Of a stretch of 64,000 nt of DNA, positions 19,488-31,491 are shown piece by piece. The notes under the pieces are model-generated. The model did not search any database. It was not told the DNA's origin and was given only the letters and a program-made list of their open reading frames with translations. The position numbers and the translations under genes were made by a program. The stretch lies in contig CM082577.2 in NCBI GenBank assembly GCA_040954595.2, positions 14,577,903 to 14,641,902 of the forward strand. Direction: 5' to 3'. Source of the stretch: Balanoglossus misakiensis (Eukaryota > Animalia > Hemichordata). How positions within the stretch are numbered: the stretch's first letter is position 1; each line of letters starts with the position of its first letter.

Positions 19488-21870
19488 ATCCATGCAGCGT
19501 TGGAAAGGAAGTCATAACGTCATAGGTCAACATGCCTTGACTTAGTTCATGGGGAAGACAATTTTTACACCGTCATTACTCCTCAAGGGAGCCGCTCGCA
19601 ACATTATAATTTCACGGTAACTCAGTTCAATATCTTCCTAGCCTACCCAATTTTTTTTCAAGACAAGAAATCTTTTATGTGAGTCAGGGACCACAATTTC
19701 AGTCAACATACCGAAACTGTCTTTCTCGGGAACGCGTCGTTAAAACTTCACGAAAAATCATCCTATCATTGACTGTGGTGATTCATACCCGTACCACTCA
19801 GTGAAATAGATCTCTTTAGTCTGGGCGCCTTAATGAGCCCATTAAGCGCAAGAATGTTCCCTCAAGAAATAAAGACGGTCGGGAAACTCTCGGGCCTCAT
19901 TATGGTTCGCTTAAATGTTGATTGGGTTCAACAATCCACTTAACTCTCCACACCCCCCACCTCCCTATCAGAAGCATGCCACATCCTGAACAGTTAATTA
20001 GCCATGCCAAGCACCTGTTTTCTCGGCGGTCTGCGACATTTCCGCAGGAAAACTGACATTTCGGACAGTTTTATTTGGTCAGTTCTAATTGTTTCTGTTG
20101 TAAAGGGCGGTGGGACGTGTAAAAAACGTCTTTATCATTGAATATTTCAATCATTTTACGACAACAGAGTGTCACACTTTCGGGTATCGTAACATTCGAC
20201 ACTGGGATTTCACACTCAAGTGTAAAACACGAAAAATCACTTGTCGCGTCGGCACGGCTTTGGTCAATTTTTTGATAGTGTGAAGTAGATTTATCGCCGA
20301 AATAAGCTTAGCACTGTCGTTGATAATACAAATGAAAGCCATGGGTTGGATGAGATCCCCGGCGGAGATCGTCCGAGATGTCAACATCAAAGACACGGCT
20401 TTTCAAACGCACGGACTTCATTCCGCGACACAGTGAAGGCGTGTCGGGTCGCGGTCAGTGACCATGGCAGCGCCGATATGCCAAGACGTCACTTGCGGAA
20501 GTGACCTCGTGTGGAGAGCTCATTTTGCGCGGTTTGAATGTTACTGACATCTAGCGAGAACTATGACAGCTTCGATACATTAACGTATGATGAAATCATC
20601 GACTTTGTTTCTCAGAAATAAACTCATGGCATGAAAAATTAGGACGATAAAGAGAACGAGACACTAGCTTTAGCGAAATCTACCGTGGCCATGGAAGGCC
20701 TACGCACGTTCATGGTTTGTTACGATAACCGGCCACATACGATGTTGAACGGATCAGAACATTGCAGCTTTGATTTCGTCTTTTTTTTCTTTCTTAACCT
20801 TTTGAACTCCTAAGGCCAAAAAAAAAAAAAAGAGTTTTGTTTAGCGTCCTCGCGCGCGTCACTTTTAAACATGCGCGTCGAGGCTTTTTTTTCGTAATTT
20901 TCGAACCCGGAAATCAACTGCAGTGTTTTCTCCAGGACGCGCGATTCCCCCTCTTTTACACTTGAAGCGCCCCTTGTAACAAGTTCAGGGGGCGACAATC
21001 GCCCCTTCTTGAGCAGCCCACCCGGCCAGTACATGCGCGTCCAAGCCTCCATAGCAGGCACCGTAGGTCAAAACACTGGGAAAACGGCCTATACATTTTA
21101 ACTTCCCCCCCCCCAAACTATGTTGTAGATGACTTTCACATTCATTTACGTGTAATTTAGCTCCAGGGCTATAGTGTGCAATTGTTGGAACAGCCTATCT
21201 GGATACCGTAGTGAACTTGTTGATATGGCGACTTTTGAAATTGGGTTGGCAGAACGTAACAATTTTATGCAAATTAAAGAAACTGCGTTCCTGCCATGGC
21301 GATTATCAAGAATGTATCAGTTTATAATAATATAACCCGCCCAACAGGTTCGGATAATCGGTGTTCCACTGTATATTCAATATGGCGAGCTCAACATGTA
21401 AACACACAACTTCTCATCCCTCAAAAACATACAGGGGACCCATCTTAAGTAACGTCCAATGTAAAAGGTCACTGAACTCGTCAGCGTATTATGTGGCTAC
21501 TCGTACATTGACCTTTTGGGGCGGGATTCTTTTTTGGCGCGCAACCACTAGTACCAGGCCCCAGACCAGGAACTGGCGACCCGCCGTTTGTTTCCAACGC
21601 CAAATTTGATTCTAATGTTGAATGTCCGAGAAAACAATTTATCTGACCTGTAGTTTTCTTGGCTCGCTTACGTTTTAATTTGGAAACTTTTAAAAAAATC
21701 AAACGCCACCGTCTTGATGACTGGCCCCTATTTTAATAATGGTTTCGTCGTTTCGCAATGGAAAAGGTCGCTGAACTCGCCAGCTGAAGCGATTGCGAAA
21801 CAGCGAAACCACAACAAACTGACATTATTTCCTTAAAGACCACAGAGCGAAGGATGCATATTGCAATTAA

Positions 21871-22214
21871 AGGGACAAAGTCTCTCTCTCGCTGCCCTTT
21901 TTTTCCATTAATTATATTTGATACAAGACACCGTTTGTTATTCTACATGTGGATATATAGTGAATGAACGTCCAACCACCCGCAACTTCCATCCCTCTTA
22001 TAGACAGGAGAGTGAAAAAAATCGCCAAAATGAATCATTGTTCTGTACCATTAATTCATTTTGGGCGAGTTTTTACTCTCGTATCATACAAGTGGGATGG
22101 AAGTTTTGTGTGGTTGAACGTTCATTCACTATATATCCACATGTAGAATAACAAACGGTGTCTTGTATCCAACATAATTAATGGAAAAAGGGCAGCGAGA
22201 GAGACTTTGTCCCT
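21871..22214. mobile_element. Palindromic MITE with AGGG...CCCT termini at TTAA (Kolobok/T2-like), copy 1
   Basis: About 160-bp inverted arms; TTAA on both flanks. Confidence 0.85.
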
Positions 22215-22235
22215 TTTAAGATAATAAAGACTTTT

Positions 22236-22755
22236 GTCTTACCACTCCCATCAGCGTCTGACCTTCGGCAGTCTACATGTCTGGTCATACATACATACAT
22301 ACATCAACGTGTACATGTCTGATCAGCTGGCAGAAACAGTCAGTTGACTTCTGAGTGGCCTCGAGTCAATGTAGTATGTGTCACGCGCAAAGCACCATGG
22401 GAGTTCCAACATGAGTAAGCGTTGTGTCTTACCACTCCCATCAGCGTCTGACCTTCGGCAGTCGGCATACATGTCTGTCATACATACATACATCCACATA
22501 TACTAGTACATGTCTGATCAGCTGGCATCCGGGTGTCCTATGGGAGTTCCAACATGAGTAAGCGTTGTGTCTTACCACTCCCATCAGCGTCTGACCTTCG
22601 GCAGTCGGCATACATGTCTGTCATACATACATACATCGACATACTAGTATACTAGTACATGTCTGATCAGCTGGCATCCGGGTGTCCTTGCGTCGGTGGT
22701 AGTGGTATATGTCACACGCAAAGCACCATGGGAGTTCCAACATGAGTAAGCGTTC
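22236..22755 (+). repeat. Imperfect tandem array (about 3 units of 140-190 bp) containing (CATA)n
   Basis: tgtcttaccactcccatcagcgtctgaccttcggcagtc recurs three times. Confidence 0.85.
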
Positions 22756-24006
22756 CATTCTCCACGCAGAGAATAACCTTGCTAGGGAGTCCGACCACTA
22801 TAGCCGCTATTTAGTGGCTATTGGGAAGACCCCCTATATAGTCTAGAATTATCCACTCCAAGTCTATGCGTGGAGAATGTAAGAACTTTTCTGTAAACTT
22901 TCCGGGGCATATTATGGAAACTGGAAGCGAAAAACTGGACCATATTTTCGACCGCTGAAGGGGAGGTTTTAGCGTTTACATGATTTAAAATAACGCACTC
23001 TAGCGAAAGTTACCGCAAGTTGAAAATGCCTCAACAAACGTAGACTTGCTCCAAGTCTATGGGCTGTGTAGGGAACGTGTCGGCCCATACCCGAAACCAC
23101 AAGCTCAGTCGCAAATTCGAAACTCGCCTCACTACCAAAAACACGCTTAAGGCAAGCATGCATGCAAAAAAGTATTGAAATTATTTATTACGACAAAAAA
23201 CCACCGAAAACACAAAAAGTATTGAGATTTAAAAATCACCAAGCGACTAGTGGGCTAGTCTACAACAAACGGTCTGTGAGCGGCCATTCAAAATGCAACG
23301 GTATGCTAATGAAGGTGGTGCGCTCTGGTTGATTGTCGCGATTTGTTTATGTTTTTTTTCACTCCGTATGTCAGCTGGCATCATGGCGTACTGTTGCCAA
23401 CGACGTAGTTTGAAGTTAGCAGGCAGACTAAACAGCGAGCGCGCAGCTTTATTGTGTGTATATTTTGAAAGACTAATATGTAATGTGTGTGAAATTGCAT
23501 GGGAGCCCCAAATCGATTTCACTGTACTATCTCATAGGCGTCTAACACATTCCAACGAAACCACAAAGATCGAAACCTCAAAATGCGGCAGCAACTTACA
23601 CTATTTCCTTAAATACCACAAGGCAGGGAGGCATGAATTGCAATTAAGATAATAAAGAAATTTGGACAAGGATACTGTGTTGTGTGAGTTACATGCGTTT
23701 CTATATATAACTACTACTCTTACCCCCCATCAGTGTTTGACCCTCGAAAGCTTATGGAATATACTCGTACATTGACCTTTTGGGGCGGGATTCTTTTTTG
23801 GCGCGCAACCACACCAGGAACTGGCGACCCGCCGTTTGTTTCCAACGCCAAATTTGATTCTGATGTTGAATTTCCGAAAAAACAATTCATCTGACCTGTA
23901 GTTTTCTTGGGTCGCTTACGTTTTAATTTGGAAACTTTTTAAAAAATCATACGCCACAGTCTTGATGACTGGCCCCTATTTTAATAATGGTTTCGTCGTT
24001 TCGCTG

Positions 24007-24703
24007 TTTCGCTTCGTATGTGAAGGACTGTTTCTGCCAGCTGATCGGACATGTAAGATTTCGAAGTCACCGTTTCGCTTCGTATGTGAAGGCCGTGAAG
24101 TAAACTGACTGTTTTCTGCCAGCTGATCGGACATGTAAGATTTCGAAGTCACCGTTTCGCTTCGTATGTGAAGGCCGTGAAGTAAACTGACTGTTTTCTG
24201 CCAGCTGATCGGACATGTAAGATTTCGAAGTCACCGTTTCGCTTCGTATGTGAAGGCCGTGAAGTAAACTGACTGTTTTCTGCCAGCTGATCGGACATGT
24301 AAGATTTCGAAGTCACCGTTTCGCTTCGTATGTGAAGGCCGTGAAGTAAACTGACTGTTTTCTGCCAGCTGATCGGACATGTAAGATTTCGAAGTCACCG
24401 TTTCGCTTCGTATGTGAAGGCCGTGAAGTAAACTGACTGTTTTCTGCCAGCTGATCGGACATGTAAGATTTCGAAGTCACCGTTTCGCTTCGTATGTGAA
24501 GGCCGTGAAGTAAACTGACTGTTTTCTGCCAGCTGATCGGACATGTAAGATTTCGAAGTCACCGTTTCGCTTCGTATGTGAAGGCCGTGAAGTAAACTGA
24601 CTGTTTTCTGCCAGCTGATCGGACATGTAAGATTTCGAAGTCACCGTTTCGCTTCGTATGTGACGGCCGTGAAGTCAACTGATCGGACATGTAAGATTTC
24701 GAA
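24007..24703 (+). repeat. 82-bp minisatellite, 7 identical units plus degenerate ends
   Basis: Units start at 24072, 24154 ... 24564; no variable spacers. Confidence 0.95.
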
Positions 24704-24786
24704 GGTCAAACACCGATGGGGGGCGGTAAGACAAAAATCTTTATTATCTTAATTGTAATATACCTCATTCGCACTGTGGCATTTAA

Positions 24787-25134
24787 AGGGACAAAGTCTC
24801 TCTCTCGCTGCCCTTTTTTCCATTAATTATATTTGATACAAGACACCGTTTGTTATTCTACATGTGGATATATAGTGAATCAAAATTCAACCACACGCAA
24901 CTTCCATCCCTCTTATAGACAGGAGAGTGAAAAAAACTCGCCAAAATGAATAATCGTTCTTTACCATTTATTCATTTTGGGCGAGTTTTTAATCTCATAT
25001 CATACAAATGGGATGGAAGTTGTGTGTGGTTTAACGTAGATTCACTATATATCCACATGTACATTAACATAACCAGTGTCTTGTATCAAACATAATTAAT
25101 GGAATAAGGGTAGCTGGAGAGAGACTTTGTCCCT
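24787..25134. mobile_element. Same TTAA-flanked palindromic MITE, copy 2
   Basis: TTAA-AGGGACAAAG...CTTTGTCCCT-TTAA. Confidence 0.9.
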
Positions 25135-25374
25135 TTAAGGAAATAATGTCAGTTTTTTTGTGGTTTCGCTGTTTCGCAACTTCCACTTGCATATGCGGCG
25201 ATTGACATAAGACAGGCCGGACCGCGTGACCTTTTCCACTTGGACATGAGACGTGAAAAATTGAATGGTACATGTGTCAGTGTTCAGTGCACAAAAGAAT
25301 CTTACATAAACCCATCACTGCCCCTATTAAAATGCATAGTTTGTGTGTTTTTGTTTGTTTGTGTGTTTTTGTTT

Positions 25375-25965
25375 TAGAATACAATTAAAAGAAATTAAAA
25401 ACAATATAAAAATATAAATAAAATAAAAACGAGATTACAAACAAAATTGAATAAAAAGAAAATTAAAAAGAAAAGACGACAAAATAAAATGAAAAGAAAT
25501 TAAAAACAACATAAAACATAAATAAAATAAAAACGAAATTACAAACAAAATAGAATAAAAAGAAAATTGAAAAGAAAAGACAACAAAATAAAATGAAAAG
25601 AAATTAAAAACAACATAAAAACATAAATAAAATAAAAACGAGATTACAAACAAAATTGAATAAAAAGAAAATTGAAAAGAAAAGACGACAAAATACAATG
25701 AAAAGTAATTAAAAACAAAACAAAATAAACAAACATAAAAACGAAATTAAAAACAAAATTGAATAAAAAAATTTGAACAGAAAATAAAACAAAATACAAT
25801 GAAAAGAAAATGATAAGAAAAAAGAAAAGAAAAATGAAAAGAAAATGAAAAGAAATAAAAAAAAACAGTAAAAAATAAATAAAATCAAAACGAAATTAAA
25901 AAAAATGAATAAAAAAAATGGAAAAGAAAATGAAAAGAAAAATAAAGTGAAATGAAATGAACATT
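25375..25965 (+). repeat. A-rich low-complexity degenerate tandem repeat
   Basis: Repeated units such as aaaatgaaaagaaattaaaaacaac. Confidence 0.9.
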
Positions 25966-26483
25966 TTTTCACCCATGGACGAAATCTGCCGTGAGCCTAC
26001 AGGGCTGGGACCATATTTTCGACCGGTGAAGTAACCTTCGGAAAGTCGCCGCAATATCAATATTTCAGCAAATAATTCCAAAATCCATTTGGATGGCACG
26101 AACTAAGACATGTTAGGGGAGGTTTTCGCGTTTACATGATTTAAAAATAACGCCGGTCTGTGAGCGGCCATTCAAAATGCAACGGTCCTGATGGTGCGCT
26201 CTGGCTATCGTTTACAAGTGTTGCGTAATGTAAGTGGAACCAGTATCTGGTTTACCATGGGGAGTCTGCAATCACAGACAGTGTACATGCTTTTGGTCTT
26301 GTCAACAGAACTGTAAATCTCAAGACCATGGCAGTTGGCTTAAGCCAATCGAAAAATCGGAAATAAAATAGAGAGAAATAGTGTTAACAGCCCATCTCGC
26401 AAACATGCTTGAATCATTCCATAAATATAGGCCAAACAACCACGAGGCAGGGACCATTGGATTAACACAGACTTAACTGGAAG

Positions 26484-27482
26484 ATGGGGATTCTGCAATT
26501 GCCGGACGACGTACTGGTCAGAATAATGAAGTTTCTACCAACAACGAAGCTGTATTTCGACATACGACGCGTGTGTCGGAAGTTTGCGGCAATTTGCCAG
26601 TATCCTGAGGTCTGGCAAAACATAAAGCTTTCCGCCTGGTGGCCGTATCTGACTTCACCACAACTCGAAGATGTTTTATCTCGCGCAAGTAAGTCGTGCA
26701 AACAATTAGACCTATCAGAAGCTTTGATATGTACAATTGACTTAGAGAATGACGATGGCTCTTATACAAAGACTCTACAGTCTGCGGAAAAGTGCCTCGC
26801 GCATTTTGTCAGAAAGTCCACCGGTTTATCCCACTTGAGTTTAAAGGGATTACAGGTAAACGCAAAAGCGTATGGATCCATGCATGGACCGGAGGATGGA
26901 TTTGGTTTCCTCAAATCGGCCAAAAACCTGCGTTCGTTGAATCTTAGTGGAACTGCATTCTCCAATGATGATTTGGAATGGCTGACAAACAATAAACTAC
27001 TTCGTGAATTGCATCTGTCAAACACAGACGTAAATTCACTTGACGGCTTCCCAAGTCTACCCAACCTGAGGAAACTGCGTCTGAACAACTTGGACATTGC
27101 GAATAGGGATCTAGAATATTTGGGAGCGTTGACTTCACTGGAATGTTTGTCGCTTAAGGGCTGTTTTAATTTAAAGATGGATCGTTTGCCGCCCAATCCT
27201 ACTTTAAGGGTTTTGAATATAAGCAGTAGTCGGGCTTGGGGAAACTACGAAATTGACGAATTGTCAATGGAATGGTTGACAAATTTCCCCAATTTGGTCG
27301 AATTTTACGCCAAGGGCCGTTACTTTAAACAAATACTGACATTTCCACGCATGACCAAGTTACAACGCATCGATCTGTGTGACCCATATCCTTTCAGAGA
27401 ATATGACAAACAGTCACTGGAACACGTGTGTTCGCGTACTCCAAATGCAGAAATAATTTTCAGTTCCTGGAAGCCTTACTAA
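26484..27482 (+). CDS. Intronless F-box/leucine-rich-repeat protein (332 aa)
   Basis: LQLPDDVLVRIMKFL...VCRKF F-box followed by several LxxLxLxx repeats. Confidence 0.9.
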   Translation: MGILQLPDDVLVRIMKFLPTTKLYFDIRRVCRKFAAICQYPEVWQNIKLSAWWPYLTSPQLEDVLSRASKSCKQLDLSEALICTIDLENDDGSYTKTLQSAEKCLAHFVRKSTGLSHLSLKGLQVNAKAYGSMHGPEDGFGFLKSAKNLRSLNLSGTAFSNDDLEWLTNNKLLRELHLSNTDVNSLDGFPSLPNLRKLRLNNLDIANRDLEYLGALTSLECLSLKGCFNLKMDRLPPNPTLRVLNISSSRAWGNYEIDELSMEWLTNFPNLVEFYAKGRYFKQILTFPRMTKLQRIDLCDPYPFREYDKQSLEHVCSRTPNAEIIFSSWKPY

Positions 27483-27622
27483 CTTAAAACATCTGTGTAT
27501 GTGTCCCGGGCGATAATTGGCTGGATAGAAACTATATTAGACTATTATCATTGACATACAATAGTATAGGCGTTTGAGTGTTTTTTTCTTTAATTTCATA
27601 ACATTGTTCTTATGTATTCTGT

Positions 27623-27793
27623 GGCTAGTTACACTTTGCGAAACAGCGAAACGAAACAGGGAAACGACGAAACCATTATTACAATAGGGGCCAGTCATCA
27701 AGACGGTGGCGTATGATTTTTTTAACGCCACCGTCTTGATGACTGGCCCCTATTTTATTAATGGTTTCGTTGTTTCGCAAAGTATAACTAGCC
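27623..27793. repeat. About 170-bp hairpin built from the repeat family seen at 21700 and 23950
   Basis: ggctagtt...gacggtggcgt is inverted as acgccaccgtc...aactagcc. Confidence 0.85.
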
Positions 27794-28054
27794 TATTCAT
27801 GGTCCATATACAGTAGGAATAATTAGTTGAAAGTACAACACGTAAAGTTTCTGATGTACTTTCCGCCTGACTTAATCTTAGTATGGAACGGTTTTATTTA
27901 GTTGTAGTATTACTGTATGTATTAATAGAATAAATATAATTATTATCTACTTGAATCGCCAGATCTCCTAGCTATTTATTCGTGTGGGCATGACAATGAA
28001 TGATTGATTGATTTGAGAAAAGACAACTTTTATTTCGATATTTCACAGAAACTA

Positions 28055-29056
28055 TCAACCAGTTGCGATCATGTGATATCGATCCTCTCGCCTAATCCGG
28101 CGAGATATATACATTCCCATAAAAACGACTGTCAGGATGTACAATGGTAATCCGATACCCACACTCAATGCGATGATGGTGGTATGGTGTCTCTCGTTTG
28201 ATTTAGATAGCTTAGTGTCAAAAATCGAGCAATCACTTTTCACAATTCGAGCACGCAACGAGCGCTCTAAATCACCACAAGACCAATTGCCGGTTGCGTT
28301 GGCGTGGTCACATTTACAACGGCAAATGTTATAAGTACATTTATACACGGCAGACCCACGAATGTCATTTTCTGTCTGCTGACACGATTGTTCAATGTCT
28401 GTGGTCAAGTTTCTACACCTGAGTCGTAAATTCTCATTCTGATGACAAACACATGGCTCCCTAGACACGTTCAAGCTACACAATTGTTCATTTATGAGTA
28501 ATGTCCAATTCCCATACTCTTTCCACAAAACTTCGCGAGAACCGCACTTTTTTGTCACATTATGGCGATTTTCAACCCACACGTCGATTTTACTATCGCG
28601 TGCCTGGTTTGTGCACAAATTTGGAATCAATTTGACTCGGATAGGTTTCCGTTTCACATCTCGGCATACTGGGAAACCATCTGTACACACACACCTACAA
28701 AAAGCCAAATTGCATAGAAATGTTTCGATTCCTCTGTCGTTCGATAATATGGAACAATTCCCCTTGATGTCGTCGGGTAATAACCTGCAAAGTGGGGTCG
28801 TTGTTGAGTTGCCATCGAGCTCCAGGCATGAACATTGATCGATCGGATGCCCGAAATCACATGCTGGCGTGTCAAGTGTTCTTGTCCACACTCCGCGCCA
28901 TTTCCATAATATAGTATAATGGATACATTCTTGGCCCAAATGTTGCGTTGCACTCCCAGAGTTGGAGATGCCAGGTGGCTGCATCACATCCGAATCTCCG
29001 GAGGCGCAATATCTCATAAACCAGATCGCTAACAGCACCTGGATTAAGATGCACAT
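28055..29056 (-). CDS. Type I membrane glycoprotein with two tandem Cys-rich repeats (333 aa)
   Basis: Signal peptide; two about 100-aa repeats C....LWK..G.WT...C...C.C...C.....C...C...CRC.C...C...C; several NxS/T sites; TM; short tail with YHMI. Confidence 0.85.
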   Translation of the reverse strand: MCILIQVLLAIWFMRYCASGDSDVMQPPGISNSGSATQHLGQECIHYTILWKWRGVWTRTLDTPACDFGHPIDQCSCLELDGNSTTTPLCRLLPDDIKGNCSILSNDRGIETFLCNLAFCRCVCTDGFPVCRDVKRKPIRVKLIPNLCTNQARDSKIDVWVENRHNVTKKCGSREVLWKEYGNWTLLINEQLCSLNVSREPCVCHQNENLRLRCRNLTTDIEQSCQQTENDIRGSAVYKCTYNICRCKCDHANATGNWSCGDLERSLRARIVKSDCSIFDTKLSKSNERHHTTIIALSVGIGLPLYILTVVFMGMYISRRIRREDRYHMIATG

Positions 29057-29696
29057 TATGCGTGTGTGCTGACAGAGTGTCCGCTATATCATTAATGATT
29101 ACTTTTTAAACTTGCGCTATGGGTAATTCTTTTTGTTTTCGTCAACTCATTTGTGGTGGCTTAACAAGTCGCCGTAGCTGTCACTTTGACTATGTATATT
29201 CACATATCCCTCTGGAGAGGGGGCGGCGGGAGAATTGAGGGGCGGGATTTTAAACGGTTGAGGGTATGTAAGGGGGGGGGGAGATTTTAAATAATATTTA
29301 CTTGGAGTCCACGAAAATGCAGTTTCGCACTGTTCCCCAACACAGAATACTAAAAAAATAAAAACAATGTTCAGCTTTAAAACCTACTGATGAGGGGAAA
29401 CATCAGTTTAAAATTCTTTTCATGGGAGTGCTGTTTTTCTTTTTGACAAGATAGATAGGTGACGTGAAATAAGGTTGGGGGGAGGGGATTTCAGAATGTT
29501 GGCAGTTCGGAAGGGGGTTTTCAACATATTTTTGGTTGTGAAAATTAGCAGTAACAAACATTGAATTATCCCACCCCCAAATATGTTTGTGAATGAAGCA
29601 TTAAACAAGGGTTTCTGTAGCGGACGGTTCTGTGAAGGTCACGCAAGCCGGTTACATAACGGAAATCCCGTGTGACCGCCACATAAACGGCACAGT

Positions 29697-30100
29697 CAGG
29701 GCTGACTTAAAACCCCGGTGCGGAAAGTGCCGGGGTTCGGATTAACGTGTGTTTGTATAGTTGTTTATTTGGGAGTGGTCGTCGTGCATAATGACTGTGT
29801 AATTGCTCTCATGTACACAGAAAATAATTGAACACTTCACACTTCTACGCGATTGACAACTGTTTGAATGGCGTGGTTATTGTTTCCCAGGGACGCTTCT
29901 GAAAAGCACTGAAACCAGATTTCTCCCAAAATCATCGTTGTTTCATAAGCTCGTGTTCTTTTTCGTCGATAACTGTATGTTGTGCGTGTTTATAAAGCCA
30001 ACTACTGTCGTTGTGTGGTGTAATTCTTTATGCTTGGACCTGTTTGGGCCGATTCTCATAGAGCCGAGATCGTTGGCCCGCACCGGGGTTTAAACACAAC
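29697..30100. mobile_element. Small hAT-like MITE
   Basis: Starts CAGGG; inverted repeat aaaccccggtgcgg at about 29710 and 30078. Confidence 0.5.
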
Positions 30101-30114
30101 TTTCATATCATGAC

Positions 30115-31353
30115 TCATTCGGGCCATGTTAACAAGTCGTCGCAGCTGTCACTTTGAGCAGAGGAGAGTCCTCTGGTAACAATATCTTCATCAGAAAATC
30201 CGCTGGAGCTCGAATCATCTCCTTGATCGACGTCGTCAGAAAATGTGTAAAAGATCTCCTTGGGTAGAACCAAAGAATAAAGAATATCATTGTGTGTATT
30301 GCCGTACGCAATTATCTTATATTCAAGATTGACAATAAACTGCCTGGGACTCGACAAGTTGTGATCGTAATATTTGTTGAGCGAGAGTGATAATTTTTTG
30401 CCTCTGATATCATTAACGCCACTATCAAGGCATAGACGTTCCATCCAGGCAACAAATAAAGTGATCGCTTTGAACGGTATAACCAAAGCAACACATTCTC
30501 CCTTGGCATCATGCCGCGTGGGGAAATCTCGGAATCCTGTCCGACTATTCTCTTCTAAGAGTTTCCCATCGAAAGCTTTGTCTAAGGATCTTTTGACATT
30601 ACTATTCAAAACAGCGTGAATAAGCATAGTCTGCAGATCATCAAATTGGTATCTGTCATGAGTGTTAATCAAGACTTTTAGCTGGCCATCTTCACTGCAA
30701 ATTTTGTGACGGGAGAAATCACTTGTGTCCACCGAGAATCCTTTCTGATTCAACAAGAAATGCAGTGGTGACCCAACGAAATTAAATGTGTTTGTCTCCT
30801 TGATTTTGCCCTCTTCTTGGCCATAAAACAACCCTCGTGTGAGAATGTTTGATATGATGCCGTGACTGGATATATGCATTACGTCATTCGACGTAACCAA
30901 TATACCTCGTCCGGCGGCAGTCTTATTTCTGATCATGTATTCTGGAAATAACGTTGTCTTGTTACCAGTTGCTGCCGGAATTACGAGTGCCTTATTACAA
31001 CCGCTAGAATCCGCCAAGCAAACTGACCAAGTGTACATGTAATTGTCATAGTCTCGGTTGACAGATTCCTGGAGTCGCACATCGGCCTTTTCTAGTACCC
31101 ACCATTTTGGCAAGGGGCCATCTGTAAAATCCTCTCCTACATCGTCACCAGAAATTATTACATCTCTAGAAGATATTGACGTATTACTGACCGTGTGCTC
31201 ACTCCATTTCTCCTTATCAATACCACCGACGCGGTACGAGTAGCTCCTTTCACTGTCACTTGTTTCAAATGCTGTGAAAGGAGTGTTCGCCGTTACCACT
31301 AGGGAACGCGAGATTGACCTATGTACCCACCTATTCGCTTTGACGTAGGCCAT
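30115..31353 (-). CDS. Intronless hypothetical protein with acidic tail (412 aa), probably viral
   Basis: Long intact ORF; TATATTTAAG about 30 bp upstream, the same decamer that precedes ORF 1611. Confidence 0.7.
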   Translation of the reverse strand: MAYVKANRWVHRSISRSLVVTANTPFTAFETSDSERSYSYRVGGIDKEKWSEHTVSNTSISSRDVIISGDDVGEDFTDGPLPKWWVLEKADVRLQESVNRDYDNYMYTWSVCLADSSGCNKALVIPAATGNKTTLFPEYMIRNKTAAGRGILVTSNDVMHISSHGIISNILTRGLFYGQEEGKIKETNTFNFVGSPLHFLLNQKGFSVDTSDFSRHKICSEDGQLKVLINTHDRYQFDDLQTMLIHAVLNSNVKRSLDKAFDGKLLEENSRTGFRDFPTRHDAKGECVALVIPFKAITLFVAWMERLCLDSGVNDIRGKKLSLSLNKYYDHNLSSPRQFIVNLEYKIIAYGNTHNDILYSLVLPKEIFYTFSDDVDQGDDSSSSGFSDEDIVTRGLSSAQSDSCDDLLTWPE

Positions 31354-31491
31354 GATTTATACGGAGCAACCCCATCAACTTAAATATATCCGTTTCATAT
31401 CAATGAATGACACTCGATCGTCATGTTTGCACATTTAATCCAAACTGTACGTTTTGGATAACAAAAACTCACATGAATTTGTCATACAGTC

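Larger units (their letters stand above)
21498..24004 (+). repeat. About 250-bp direct repeat pair (21498-21755 and 23762-24004)
   Basis: tactcgtacattgacc...tggtttcgtcgtttcgc, nearly identical copies. Confidence 0.9.

Noticed and set aside
24007-24703. CRISPR-like appearance of the 82-bp array (and of the 135-bp array at 5685)
   Set aside because: Units are identical end to end with no unique spacers; no cas genes; eukaryotic context
25435-26099. Phe-rich membrane-like ORFs
   Set aside because: Artefacts of A-rich low-complexity sequence
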